A stretch of DNA of 64,000 bases from Myxococcota bacterium (lineage in GTDB: Bacteria; Myxococcota_A; UBA9160; UBA4427): NCBI GenBank assembly GCA_030748735.1, contig JASMLK010000144.1, positions 47,383 to 111,382 of the forward strand. The letters run 5' to 3'. The notes beneath the pieces were generated by a model. The model saw only the letters and a program-made list of their open reading frames with translations. It made no database searches and was not told where the DNA came from. Below, one piece after another: positions 45,497 through 55,063 of this stretch. Made by a program: the position numbers and the translations under genes. How positions within the stretch are numbered: position 1 is the first letter of the stretch; each line of letters starts with the position of its first letter.

Positions 45497-46108
45497 ATGG
45501 CGTTGACCCGACGACAGCGCGAGATCTTCGACTACATCAGCGCGTTCGTAGAAGAGGAAGGCTATTCGCCGAGCCTCGAGGAAATCGCGGCTCACTTCGG
45601 GCTCTCCTCGGTGGCGACCGTGCATCGCCACGTCCAGCACCTGGTCGAAAAGGGCATGCTGCGAAAGGCGTGGAATCGCTCGCGCTCCCTGGAGCCCGTT
45701 CCGCAGGAAGCCGAGAGCGACCCCGGGATCACGACGCTCCCGCTGGTGGGTACGGTGGCGGCCGGCCTGCCGATCGAAGCCATCGAAGACAACGAAACGG
45801 TTTCGGTCCCCGCCGAAATGGCCGGGCGCCCGGGCGAGAGTTTCGTGCTCCGCGTTCGCGGTGACTCGATGATCGAAGACCAGATCTGCAACGGCGATCT
45901 CGTCGTGGTCGAAAAGCGGGATCAGGCACGCAACGGCCAAACGGTGGTCGCGCTGGTCGACGGAAGCGACGCGACGTTGAAGCGCTTCTATCGCGACGGG
46001 GGCACGGTGAAGTTGGTCCCCGCAAACCAGACGATGGAGCCCATCGAAGTGCCCGCTGAGCAGGTGCAGATTCGCGGCATCGTGCGGGGCTTGATGCGTT
46101 CGTTCTAA
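45497..46108 (+). CDS. lexA: SOS repressor LexA
   Basis: LTRRQ..I, PSLEEI HTH, VAAG cleavage site, GDSM catalytic Ser, TLKR catalytic Lys. Confidence 0.96.
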   Translation: MALTRRQREIFDYISAFVEEEGYSPSLEEIAAHFGLSSVATVHRHVQHLVEKGMLRKAWNRSRSLEPVPQEAESDPGITTLPLVGTVAAGLPIEAIEDNETVSVPAEMAGRPGESFVLRVRGDSMIEDQICNGDLVVVEKRDQARNGQTVVALVDGSDATLKRFYRDGGTVKLVPANQTMEPIEVPAEQVQIRGIVRGLMRSF

Positions 46109-47379
46109 GAGGTGGCGAGGCGGCGGGCGGTGGCGCGGGTGAGTTTCGGGATTTCGAGGTTGTAGGGGCAGCTCCCGAGGCAGGCCTGGTCGGTGCATGT
46201 GGAGCAGGCTGAGGCTGCGGCGCCGAGACGTGCGTAGCCCTGGCGCGCCATGCGGGGGTTGCCGTAGCGCTCTTCGTACATGCGTTGGCGCAGCACGTCG
46301 GGGATCGGGACGCCTTCGGGGCAGCTCGACGTGCAGGCATCGCAGCCCGGGCGGCAGTATTCGTTGCTCATCTCGGCGACGTAGCGTTCGAGGATGTCGT
46401 GGTCGCGGGCGGCGAACGTCTCATCCCCGGAACACGAGATGTAATTGTCCGCCACTGTCTTGTTGCGCATCGAAACGATCGCGGCGTCGATGTTGGGGTC
46501 GGAGAACACCCAGCGAAAGGCCGCGCGCGCGAAGTCGGCGCCGTCCTTCTGGTAGACGGACAGGTCGTTCACCTTCGCGCCCATCTGCGTCTTCATCACG
46601 ACGACGCCCACGCCCTTCTTGCGCGCCTTGGCGAATAGACGCGAGATCCCCTTCTGGTTGGCAACCATGTCGAAGTGCTTGGTGAAGCGTTCGTAGAAAG
46701 CCGGGTCGTTGCCGAAGTTGTGCGAGCACAGGATCACGTCTGCGAGATCGCGATCGAGGACATGGTCGAGGCATTCTTGCAAGCGCCCACCGTGCCCGGA
46801 CATGCCCGAAAAGCGGATCTTCCCCTGCTTCTTCGCCAACGCGACGAATTCCTGCCATTCGGGGCTGCTCATCCGCTCGGGTTCGTTGACGGCGTGGTTC
46901 AAGAAGATGTCGACGTAGTCGGTGCGCATGCGGCGAAGCGATGCTTCGAGTTGCTTCATGATGTGCGCGCGGTCGTGCTTCACTTCGGCGACGTACTTCG
47001 AGGCGATCACGACTTTGTCGCGCTTGTCCTCGAGCGCGTCACCGATCAGCTTCTCGACGTACTCGCCGGTCGACCAGCCCTCGGTGCGATACATCTCGGC
47101 GGTGTCGAAGTAGTTGATGCCGCGGTCGTAGCAGTGGCGCACGAGATCGGCGGTGCGACAACCCCCTGATCCGAAGCCGATGTCCGAGATCTCGAGACCC
47201 GTCTTGCCGAGCGACCGATAGCGGCGGATCTGCGGCGGGGGCGCATCCGCCGCCGCAGCTTCCTGGGCGACGTTCAATGCGGCGAGCCCCATCGCGGCGC
47301 CGGACGTCTTTCGCAGAAACGAGCGCCTCCCCATCGTGGGCGTAGGCGTAGGCGAGGACGGGTTCGAGGGCTTCGTCAT
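46105..47379 (-). CDS. Aldo/keto reductase with twin-arginine signal and C-terminal Fe-S domain
   Basis: GRRSFL, YRSLGKTGLEIS, GINYFDTAEMY, SLRRMRTDYVD, CRPGCDACTSSCP and CSTC...C...CP. Confidence 0.9.
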   Translation of the reverse strand: MTKPSNPSSPTPTPTMGRRSFLRKTSGAAMGLAALNVAQEAAAADAPPPQIRRYRSLGKTGLEISDIGFGSGGCRTADLVRHCYDRGINYFDTAEMYRTEGWSTGEYVEKLIGDALEDKRDKVVIASKYVAEVKHDRAHIMKQLEASLRRMRTDYVDIFLNHAVNEPERMSSPEWQEFVALAKKQGKIRFSGMSGHGGRLQECLDHVLDRDLADVILCSHNFGNDPAFYERFTKHFDMVANQKGISRLFAKARKKGVGVVVMKTQMGAKVNDLSVYQKDGADFARAAFRWVFSDPNIDAAIVSMRNKTVADNYISCSGDETFAARDHDILERYVAEMSNEYCRPGCDACTSSCPEGVPIPDVLRQRMYEERYGNPRMARQGYARLGAAASACSTCTDQACLGSCPYNLEIPKLTRATARRLATS

Positions 47380-47438
47380 GTGGACCTCCGGAAGTCGTTC
47401 ACGCTACGGCCGACTCGTGGGTTCGCGGCAGCTACTGC

Positions 47439-48950
47439 TCAACGACTGGACGTGCTGAGTGTATCCGCCAGACGCAGCGCGAGCGCCACGATGGTGAAGG
47501 TTGGGTTCTGCCATCCCACCGTAGGGAAGAGGGCACCGCCGGTGACGTAGAGGTTCCCCATGCCGTGGACGCGGCCGTCGCGGTCGGTGACGCCGTGCTT
47601 CGGGTCGTCCGACATGCGGGCGGTTCCCGCGTGATGGCCCGCGAGGGGGGTCCACGGGAAGTCATCGAGCGCGATCAAGCGGACCCGCCCGTGCCCCGTG
47701 CGGGCGAGTTCGGCTGCAAAGTGCCGCGCGTGCGCATGCACGCTCGCGCGGTCGTGTTGCTGCACGTTGAGGTCGACCTCGACCTTCCGCAGGCCGAGCG
47801 CGTCGGTGCGCGTGTCGAGCTGAACACGGCTTTCGGGGTTCGGAGATTTCTCGAAGACGCCGACCAGGCGCATCACGCGCGAGGGGCCTTCGTCCGTCGA
47901 GGCCTGCCCACCCCCGGCGGCTTTCGAAAGCGATCGGATGCCACCGGGCGTTCGCGAAAGGCGCGTCGGAAAGCACATCATCGAGAAGCCGAGGAGCCGA
48001 TCGCGTTCCCGTGCGATCGCGCTGGACGCAAAACCAACGACATCCCCCTGTTCGGGCTTCCCGGGTTCGAACTTCGACCTCGCATACGACTCTTCCCGAA
48101 TCGTCGGTGCCGAATCGAAGAAATGAACTTCGCCGAGATCGATCCCGCCGTGGTCTGCGAAGTAGCGCCCCACGAGTCCGTGCTGGTTGCCGATGCCTCC
48201 GCCCATCTTCTGATCCGAAAGCAGGAGCATGCGCGCGTTTTCGATCGCGCCGGCGCAAAGCACGAAGTTGCGCGCTTCGAAGGCGAAGCGTCGGCCGTCC
48301 AGTGTGGCGGCGCGTGCGCGCACGATTGCGCTTCGTTCATTGTTCGCAATCAGTGCAGTGATGTTGGTGTGGAGCAGGCAACGCAAGTGCCTGGTCGTGC
48401 GAAGGGCCTGCGCGTACGCTGGGCGCATGCGCAGCGGTCCCGGCTGCGTACGCCGCCAGACGACGGGTTCGAAGTCGGGTTCCCCCGTAGGGCCGGGGGC
48501 GAACAAGGGAACGTGATCGTTCGAATTGGTTTCGTTCGCGTCGAAGTGGAAGTGGGGTTCAGGCAGGTGGAGCATTTCGCGTGTCGCGTCGTAGTAGGGT
48601 TCGAGGTCGCTGCTTCGAATCGGCCAGCCGCTGTGCGGGACCCAGTCGTGGGCTTCGAACTCGAAGGGGTCGAGTGGCCGGCATGCGCCGCCCCAGTGGT
48701 TCGTGGTGCCGCCGAGGTAGCGAAGCCGGGAGGTGCGCAGCGGCGGGTAGTCGTTGTCGATCACCTCACCGTCGTAGAGTTGCTGGGTCGCCTGATCGAG
48801 CTCGAGCCCACCGCTTTCGACCAACACGACATCGACGCCACGCCTTGCGAGGGTGAGGGCCAGCGCGATGCCCGCGGCACCGCCGCCGATCAGACACACA
48901 TCGCTGCGAATCACCTGGCCGTTCGGCGTTGCGCGTCCGTCGATGAACAT
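47439..48950 (-). CDS. GMC-family FAD oxidoreductase
   Basis: IGGGAAG, LGGTTNHWGG, GAIENARMLL, HHAGTARM, NPTFTI. Confidence 0.92.
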   Translation of the reverse strand: MFIDGRATPNGQVIRSDVCLIGGGAAGIALALTLARRGVDVVLVESGGLELDQATQQLYDGEVIDNDYPPLRTSRLRYLGGTTNHWGGACRPLDPFEFEAHDWVPHSGWPIRSSDLEPYYDATREMLHLPEPHFHFDANETNSNDHVPLFAPGPTGEPDFEPVVWRRTQPGPLRMRPAYAQALRTTRHLRCLLHTNITALIANNERSAIVRARAATLDGRRFAFEARNFVLCAGAIENARMLLLSDQKMGGGIGNQHGLVGRYFADHGGIDLGEVHFFDSAPTIREESYARSKFEPGKPEQGDVVGFASSAIARERDRLLGFSMMCFPTRLSRTPGGIRSLSKAAGGGQASTDEGPSRVMRLVGVFEKSPNPESRVQLDTRTDALGLRKVEVDLNVQQHDRASVHAHARHFAAELARTGHGRVRLIALDDFPWTPLAGHHAGTARMSDDPKHGVTDRDGRVHGMGNLYVTGGALFPTVGWQNPTFTIVALALRLADTLSTSSR

Positions 48951-49363
48951 CAGCTGAGTTCGAGGCTCGCGAGATAGATCGCGAAGTGGAACTCGGATCG
49001 GGCGAGGACCCAACCGTCGACCTGTCGAACGTCGCCGCGATCGAGTTCGCGTGTGATGCGGCCCGGTGCCAGCAGCGTCTTTCGCGCGAGCCTTGCACGG
49101 GCTCGCCGCGACGCTGAGAACAGACGGCGACGTGGCGGGAATTCGGCCTCGACCGTCTGGCGGATGCGGTCCACTTCGCCGGGGCGTTGGCGCAGAAGTT
49201 CCCTCGCGAGCATCGCGAGGTCGCGATCGCGTTCGTCGAGTTCCGGCGGGCTGCCGGGCGGCCCTGCAGCCGAAATGCGCGGTGCTGCGGCCAGAGACGT
49301 CATCAGAAAAGCTGCGCGCAGAAAGACGCGACGCGCAACTCTGTGGGAACTCGAAAGCAACAT
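48950..49363 (-). CDS. Small Tat-signal hypothetical protein translationally coupled to the GMC gene
   Basis: ARRVFL plus hydrophobic stretch; C-terminal GDVRQVDGWVLARSE; TGATG overlap with the GMC start. Confidence 0.7.
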   Translation of the reverse strand: MLLSSSHRVARRVFLRAAFLMTSLAAAPRISAAGPPGSPPELDERDRDLAMLARELLRQRPGEVDRIRQTVEAEFPPRRRLFSASRRARARLARKTLLAPGRITRELDRGDVRQVDGWVLARSEFHFAIYLASLELS

Positions 49364-49465
49364 CAGTCGCCAACTGTAGCAATCGCAGCGCTTGCGAAGG
49401 CAAACATGGCGGGCCGGAGCAGGGCAGGATTGCTGTCGTTCGACGCTGCGCGACAATCCGGCGCC

Positions 49466-51523
49466 ATGTCGCAACCGGGCGAAGCGACCCTCGGGTCGGG
49501 CCAGCGCACGACCCGTGCCCGCATTCCGTTCGAGCCAGCACTCGAAGGGCTGCGAGGCCTCGTGCTGTTCGGGCTGCTCTGCTTTCACGCGGAGTTCTCC
49601 TGGGCCACGGGGGGCTTTCTCGGTATCGCGACGTTCTTCACGCTTTCGGGCTTCCTGCTCACTTCGCTCTTCCTTGCAGAGTGGGAGCATTCGCAGCGCA
49701 TCGCGTTCGCGGCGTTCTGGGCGAGACGCTTTCGGCGCCTCATGCCGGCGGCCCTGCTGACGCTGCTGACCATGTGGGCCTTCGGTCATTTCGTTGCGAC
49801 GCCCTCCCAACTCGACCGCTTGCGGGACGACATCATCTGGGCGCTCTTCTACGCGGCGAACTGGCACTTCCTCTGGTCGAACGCGGACTACACGGCGCTC
49901 TTCGAGGCGCCTTCGCCTCTTCATCATTTCTGGTCTCTCGCAGTCGAAGAGCAGTTCTACTTCGGGTTTCCCCTCGTGGTGTTCGCGGGGCTCCGGCTCG
50001 GACGCGGCTCGCTCCGCGGTCTGGGCGTGTTGTTCGCAGCACTCGTCGCCGTGTCGCTCGGGATCACGCTGTGGCTCGTCGCGGGGGGCGCTTCTTTCGA
50101 CCGCATCTACTACGGAACCGACACGCGGATGGCGGAGCTCTTGCTCGGTGCCGTGGTCGCGGTGGTGGTATGGCGACGCGGGTCTCGAGGCGACAGCGAA
50201 AGCGGAGTCCCCGTGCGCTGGCTTTCGTGGCTTGGCAGCGCCTCGCTGTTGGCCATGGTGCTCTGTTGGGCATGGGTCGACCTCGATACGGGCTGGCTGT
50301 ATCGGGGAGGTTTCGCGGCGTACGCGTTGCTCTCGGCAACTGTCATCGCCGCGGGAGTTCAGCCGGGTGGCTTCGTGCGCAGTGTGCTCGCACACCCCGT
50401 CATGCAGTGGTTGGGACGTGTTTCGTACGGCGCCTATTTGTTCCACTGGCCCATCTATCTCTGGTTGGACGCGGAGCGCGTCGGGCTCGATTCGACTCCC
50501 CTCTTCCTGTTGCGTGTGGGCGTGACGCTGGCGCTCGCTGAAGCGTCGTATCGTTGGTTCGAGCATCCGATCCGCACCGGACGCATGTTGCACGGTCCCG
50601 GAGCGCTTGCGTTGATCCCGATGATGTTCGGTCTGGTGGCCGCGGTGGCGTTCGCCTTGCCGAAGGCGCCCGTCCACTTCGATGTGGACAGGGCCGCGAT
50701 GGATGCCTGGGTCGAAGACGTAGTGGAGCACTACGCCACGGAACCGAATCCGCCCCCACCCACGCTCCACAGCGAGATCCCGCGCATCGCGATGTTCGGC
50801 GACTCGACCGCGACAACCCTCGCGGTTGGCCTTCAGTACTTTCAGTTCGAAACGGGGCAGAGCGTGTTGCGCCGGGGTTCCGCCCACCTGGGCTGTGCGG
50901 TCGTGCGAAAGGCCGAAATCCGCACCGGTGACTTCGTTCACACCTACGATGGCTGTGACGACTTCGACGTCTCCTGGGCGAAGGCGATCCGCGAAGAGCA
51001 GCCCGACATCGCAATCGTGCTGGCCGCACCGTGGGACATTCGTGACCGTCGTCTCGAAGGCGAAACGATATGGCGGACGATTGGCGACCCGATCCTCGAC
51101 CGCTACTACACGCAGGAACTTCAGGCCGCCGTCGACGTCTTGTCCCGGGATGGAACGCTCGTCCTTTGGCTTACCCATCCGTTGGTCGAGGTGCGAGACC
51201 GCGGCGGGAAGAAGCCCGCAAAGCCCTACGCGGCGTCGGATCCCGCGCGAATAGAGCGCTGGAACGAATTGATTCGAGACCTCGAACGGTCTCGTCCAGG
51301 ACAGGTTCGGGTGATCGACCTTCGTCGCTACATCCAGACGCTTCCGGGTGGTGAATTCGACGAACGCTATCGACCCGATGCCACGCATCTCACGCCCGAG
51401 GCGGCGTACCAGGTGGCAAAGGACTGGCTCGCCGATGAAATCATGCGCATCTACCGGGAAGAGGGCGCGCGCGCCCGCGCCGAAGGCGCACCCGGGGCAG
51501 CCGAGGCGCCCGGGCGGCGCTGA
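49466..51523 (+). CDS. Acyltransferase-3 + SGNH O-acyltransferase (OatA/OafA-like)
   Basis: LEGLRG, FFTLSGFL, RRFRRLMP, HFWSLAVEEQFY, SYGAYLFHWP; SGNH GDS and DATH. Confidence 0.92.
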   Translation: MSQPGEATLGSGQRTTRARIPFEPALEGLRGLVLFGLLCFHAEFSWATGGFLGIATFFTLSGFLLTSLFLAEWEHSQRIAFAAFWARRFRRLMPAALLTLLTMWAFGHFVATPSQLDRLRDDIIWALFYAANWHFLWSNADYTALFEAPSPLHHFWSLAVEEQFYFGFPLVVFAGLRLGRGSLRGLGVLFAALVAVSLGITLWLVAGGASFDRIYYGTDTRMAELLLGAVVAVVVWRRGSRGDSESGVPVRWLSWLGSASLLAMVLCWAWVDLDTGWLYRGGFAAYALLSATVIAAGVQPGGFVRSVLAHPVMQWLGRVSYGAYLFHWPIYLWLDAERVGLDSTPLFLLRVGVTLALAEASYRWFEHPIRTGRMLHGPGALALIPMMFGLVAAVAFALPKAPVHFDVDRAAMDAWVEDVVEHYATEPNPPPPTLHSEIPRIAMFGDSTATTLAVGLQYFQFETGQSVLRRGSAHLGCAVVRKAEIRTGDFVHTYDGCDDFDVSWAKAIREEQPDIAIVLAAPWDIRDRRLEGETIWRTIGDPILDRYYTQELQAAVDVLSRDGTLVLWLTHPLVEVRDRGGKKPAKPYAASDPARIERWNELIRDLERSRPGQVRVIDLRRYIQTLPGGEFDERYRPDATHLTPEAAYQVAKDWLADEIMRIYREEGARARAEGAPGAAEAPGRR

Positions 51524-51593
51524 CACCCGCGCTCGCGTTGCTTGACGCCACAGCACCCCCCTGCCAAGCTTTCGCCTTTCCAACTCCTTTGCA

Positions 51594-51606
51594 AATCAAG
51601 GGTTTA
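51594..51606 (+). promoter_or_regulatory. IHF-consensus site (AATCAAGGGTTTA) just before the PTPS-folE operon
   Basis: Matches WATCAA-N4-TTR; TTGACG at 51542 is a plausible -35. Confidence 0.45.
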
Positions 51607-52010
51607 TGCCATTGGTGCGACTCACCCGGGCAATCGAATTCTCGGCATCGCTGCGTTATCGCGCGGCCGGGCTGAGCGATGGCGAAAACCGCGAAGTCTT
51701 CGGGCTCGCCGCGGAGCAGCACGGGCACAACTACCGGCTCGAGGTCACGGTGAAGGGTGAGCCCGACCCGCGAACGGGGATGGTGATGAACCTCGTCGAC
51801 CTGAAGGCGATCCTCGAGCGCGAAGTCATGGGCCGCTTCGATCATCGCGATCTCAACGCCGACACCGACTTCTTCAAGGACATCCCGCCTACGCCGGAGA
51901 ACCTCGCCGCCGTGATCCACGAGTTGCTCGTCGACGCGCTGCCCGCAGGCCGTTTCGACCGCCTGCGCCTCTATCAGGACGCGGATCTCTACGTCGACGT
52001 CGTCGACTGA
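51606..52010 (+). CDS. PTPS/QueD-family protein, catalytically degenerate paralog
   Basis: HGHNY, GMVMNL, DHRDLN and TPENL are retained; first Zn His (SASL), catalytic Cys and C-terminal ET (YQD) are missing. Confidence 0.85.
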   Translation: MPLVRLTRAIEFSASLRYRAAGLSDGENREVFGLAAEQHGHNYRLEVTVKGEPDPRTGMVMNLVDLKAILEREVMGRFDHRDLNADTDFFKDIPPTPENLAAVIHELLVDALPAGRFDRLRLYQDADLYVDVVD

Positions 52011-52063
52011 TCTTCCGCACGCCTCTGCCGACCCCCCCCCCACCTACGCCCACCGGAACCCCC

Positions 52064-52480
52064 GTGATCGAACTCACCCGTTGCTATCGACTGCCCGCGG
52101 CCCACGTGCTCGCGAACCCGCGTCTTTCCGACGCGGAGAATGATGAGATCTTCGGCAAGTGCGCGAATGAACATGGGCACGGCCACAACTATGGCTTCGA
52201 CGTCACAGTCACGGGCGAGGTCGACAGCACCACCGGGCAGATCCTCGCCCCCGAACGACTCGACGCCGTCTTCGAAGCGGCGATCGCCAAGCGCTATTCC
52301 CACCGCCTGTTGAACGAATGCGAAGCGTTCGAGGCGCTGGTTCCCACCACCGAAAACTTCGCCAAGATCGTCTACGACGACCTCGCGCCCGCGATCGCGG
52401 CAGAGGGTGGTGTCGAACTCGTGCGTGTCCGACTCACCGAAACCCCGCGCAACTTCTTTGAGTATGGAGACGAACGATGA
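52064..52480 (+). CDS. 6-pyruvoyl-tetrahydropterin synthase (C-X5-HGH type)
   Basis: PAAH, GKCANEHGHGHNY, TTENF, LTETPRN. Confidence 0.88.
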   Translation: MIELTRCYRLPAAHVLANPRLSDAENDEIFGKCANEHGHGHNYGFDVTVTGEVDSTTGQILAPERLDAVFEAAIAKRYSHRLLNECEAFEALVPTTENFAKIVYDDLAPAIAAEGGVELVRVRLTETPRNFFEYGDER

Positions 52481-53049
52481 GCGACCCGATCGAAGACGCC
52501 GTCCGCACGATCCTGAACGAACTCGGCGAAAAGCCCGAGCGTGACGGTCTGCAGAAGACGCCCAGCCGCGTGGCGGCGGCGATGCGCTTCTTCACCAAGG
52601 GCTATGCCCAGGATCCGATGGCCACCCTGAACGACGCGATGTTCGACGTCGAGTACGACGAAATGGTACTGGTGAAGGACATCGAGTTCTACAGCCTTTG
52701 CGAGCACCACATGGTGCCGTTCTTCGGACGCATCCACGTCGGCTACATCCCGAATGGGAAGGTGGTCGGGCTCTCGAAGATCCCGCGTCTCGTCGAAATG
52801 TTCGCGCGCAGACTTCAAGTGCAGGAGCGCATGACGATGGAGGTGGCGGGCATCATCGAAGATGTCCTGAAGCCGCAGGGCGTCGGCGTCGTCGTCGAAG
52901 CCAAGCACCTGTGCATGGTGATGCGCGGTGTCGAAAAGCACAATTCGTTCGCAATCACGAGTTCGATGCGGGGTGTGTTCGAAAGCGACTCGAAGACGCG
53001 CGCCGAATTCATGGAGCTGATTCGCCACCGACCGGATTCCTTCGTTTGA
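52477..53049 (+). CDS. folE: GTP cyclohydrolase I
   Basis: SLCEHHMVPF, GLSKIPR, RLQVQER, HLCMVMRG. Confidence 0.97.
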   Translation: MSDPIEDAVRTILNELGEKPERDGLQKTPSRVAAAMRFFTKGYAQDPMATLNDAMFDVEYDEMVLVKDIEFYSLCEHHMVPFFGRIHVGYIPNGKVVGLSKIPRLVEMFARRLQVQERMTMEVAGIIEDVLKPQGVGVVVEAKHLCMVMRGVEKHNSFAITSSMRGVFESDSKTRAEFMELIRHRPDSFV

Positions 53050-53054
53050 CCAGG

Positions 53055-53780
53055 GTGAGCGACGACGACATCCCCGAGAACGAAGTCGTTCAGCTGATTC
53101 GCTCGGCCGCGAAGAAGCTCGAAGATGCACCCGGAACGTGGCCGGCGAAGCGTGAACTCGCCGATGCGATTCGTGAGTTGATGGCGTGCCTTGCCGAAAC
53201 CGACGCCCCCGCCGACGAACTCCTCGCGATCGCGGACCAGGTGCGAAACGCGGCACGGCGCTTCAGCGGGCAACCCGAAATGGAAGATCCGCCCGGCGTG
53301 GCCGAGATGTCTCTCGCTGCGGGGATGGAAGTGTTTCGCGATCGCAGTCCGATCGTCGGCAAGGCGAACCCCCTCGCACCGCCTGCCACCTTCGCAGTCG
53401 ATCACGACCACGAGATCGTCTACGGAGAGGTCTGCTTCGGCCCAGCCTATCAGGGCGCACCGGGCTGCGTGCACGGCGGCTTCGTGGCGGCTGCGTTCGA
53501 CGAAGCGCTCGGCATGGCGACGATCTTCTCGGGCAAACCCGGCATGACGGGCTGGATTCGTGTCTCGTACAAGAAGCCCACGCCACTGGAAACCAACCTT
53601 CGATTGGTGGGGCGAATGGACAGTGTCGAAGGCCGCAAGATCCAGACCTCCGCCGAGCTGCTCGCCGGCGACACGGTGGTCGCTGAGGCGACCGGCCTCT
53701 TCATCTCGATCCCCATCGACAAGTTCGCGGAACTCAAAGAGGCCCAGCGCCAGCGGAAGTCGCACGCTACGGACTCATGA
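53055..53780 (+). CDS. PaaI-family (hot-dog fold) thioesterase
   Basis: GKANPLAPP, GAPGCVHGGFVAAAFDEALG, YKKPTPL. Confidence 0.88.
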   Translation: MSDDDIPENEVVQLIRSAAKKLEDAPGTWPAKRELADAIRELMACLAETDAPADELLAIADQVRNAARRFSGQPEMEDPPGVAEMSLAAGMEVFRDRSPIVGKANPLAPPATFAVDHDHEIVYGEVCFGPAYQGAPGCVHGGFVAAAFDEALGMATIFSGKPGMTGWIRVSYKKPTPLETNLRLVGRMDSVEGRKIQTSAELLAGDTVVAEATGLFISIPIDKFAELKEAQRQRKSHATDS

Positions 53781-53860
53781 TCGTCTGGAGCGAATCAGGC
53801 GTGCGGGCAACGCCTGGCGATAGCGAAGCGGCACACCGTCGATCGCGATAGCATCGTGTC

Positions 53861-55063
53861 ATGACGGATTCCTCGACCGGGTCGCGTGGTCCGGGAAAGC
53901 GTTGGCTCTTTGTCGCAGTCGTTGCGCTCTTGATCGCCATCGCGGGTTACTGGACGTTTTCTGCCGAACGCTTCGACGTGCGCGTCGTGGCCGTCGCGCG
54001 CGGAACCGTCGAGTCGACGGTGACCAATTCGAAGGCGGGCACACTCAGGTCTCGCCTGCGCTCGCGCATGAGTGCGGAAACGGGTGGCCGGGTCACGCAC
54101 ATCTACCACCGCGAAGGCGATACGGTGGAGTCCGGTGCGTTGCTCGTGAAGCTGAACGACACGAGTCATCGGGCAAGGCTCGAGCTTTCTCAGGCGGTCG
54201 TCGTGACGAGTGCCGCGCGACACCGAGAGGCGTGCTTGAACCGCGATCACGCGAAGCGCGATCTCGATCGCGCACGTGAGCTGCGGCGAAACCAGGTGAC
54301 GTCCGTAGGAGACCTCGAGCGCTTCGAACTCGCCTACCGCGCCGCAGAAGCCAGCTGTAGTGCCGCGGAAGCAGACATCGCGCGCGCACAAGCCGAAGTT
54401 CGCGCCGCCCATGCCGAACTCGAAAAGACCGAGATTCGCGCTCCCTTCGACGGCATCGTGGCCGAAGTGAATTCGGAAGTCGGCGAATGGGTGACCCCTT
54501 CGCCGCCGCTCCTGAGTTCGCCTTCCGTGATCGACCTGATCGACCCGGCTTCGCTCTACGTGAGCGCGCCGATGGACGAAGTGGATTCGAATCGCATTCG
54601 CGTCGGCCAGCCGACGCGAATCACCGTGGATTCTCATCCGGGTGAGAGCTTCCCGGGGAGCGTCGTGCGCGTCGCACCCTACGTGCTCGACATCGAAGCA
54701 CAGAACAGAACCATCGAAGTCGAAGTCGAGTTCGATGCCGCTCCCGAGCCGGCCAGCATGATGGTCGGCACTTCGGCCGACATCGAAGTCACCCTTGCGA
54801 CGCGTGACGACGTGATGCGGATCCCGACCGCCACGTTGCTGCAGGGTGGCCGCGTCCTGGTCCTCGTCGACGGCGTCCTCGAAGAGCGGTCCGTGAAGGT
54901 CGGATTGCGCAACTGGGACTTCGTCGAAGTCACGGGCGGACTTTCTCCCGAAGAACTCGTCGTAGAGAGCCTCGACGAAAAAGAGATCGTGGCCGGTGCC
55001 CGCGCACGTGCCGTGCGCGACGACGACGACACCGCGGCCAACGCCGTGGGCGCAAGCCGGTGA
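53861..55063 (+). CDS. MacA-like periplasmic adaptor
   Basis: N-terminal TM anchor, lipoyl/coiled coil (IRAPFDG), VGLRNW; first gene of the ABC operon. Confidence 0.88.
   Translation: MTDSSTGSRGPGKRWLFVAVVALLIAIAGYWTFSAERFDVRVVAVARGTVESTVTNSKAGTLRSRLRSRMSAETGGRVTHIYHREGDTVESGALLVKLNDTSHRARLELSQAVVVTSAARHREACLNRDHAKRDLDRARELRRNQVTSVGDLERFELAYRAAEASCSAAEADIARAQAEVRAAHAELEKTEIRAPFDGIVAEVNSEVGEWVTPSPPLLSSPSVIDLIDPASLYVSAPMDEVDSNRIRVGQPTRITVDSHPGESFPGSVVRVAPYVLDIEAQNRTIEVEVEFDAAPEPASMMVGTSADIEVTLATRDDVMRIPTATLLQGGRVLVLVDGVLEERSVKVGLRNWDFVEVTGGLSPEELVVESLDEKEIVAGARARAVRDDDDTAANAVGASR

Noticed and set aside
49364-51583. 877-aa minus-strand ORF and other long antisense or alternative-frame ORFs (over ggt, dnaK, lon, groEL, the ABC permeases)
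   Set aside because: These are shadows of real high-GC genes with Arg/Pro/Ala-rich or antisense-typical composition and no motifs; only the last 137 aa of this one looks real.
52032-52041. C10 tract as a frameshift fusing the two PTPS genes
   Set aside because: The first gene stops at 52010, before the tract, so length changes cannot fuse them; at most it alters spacing.
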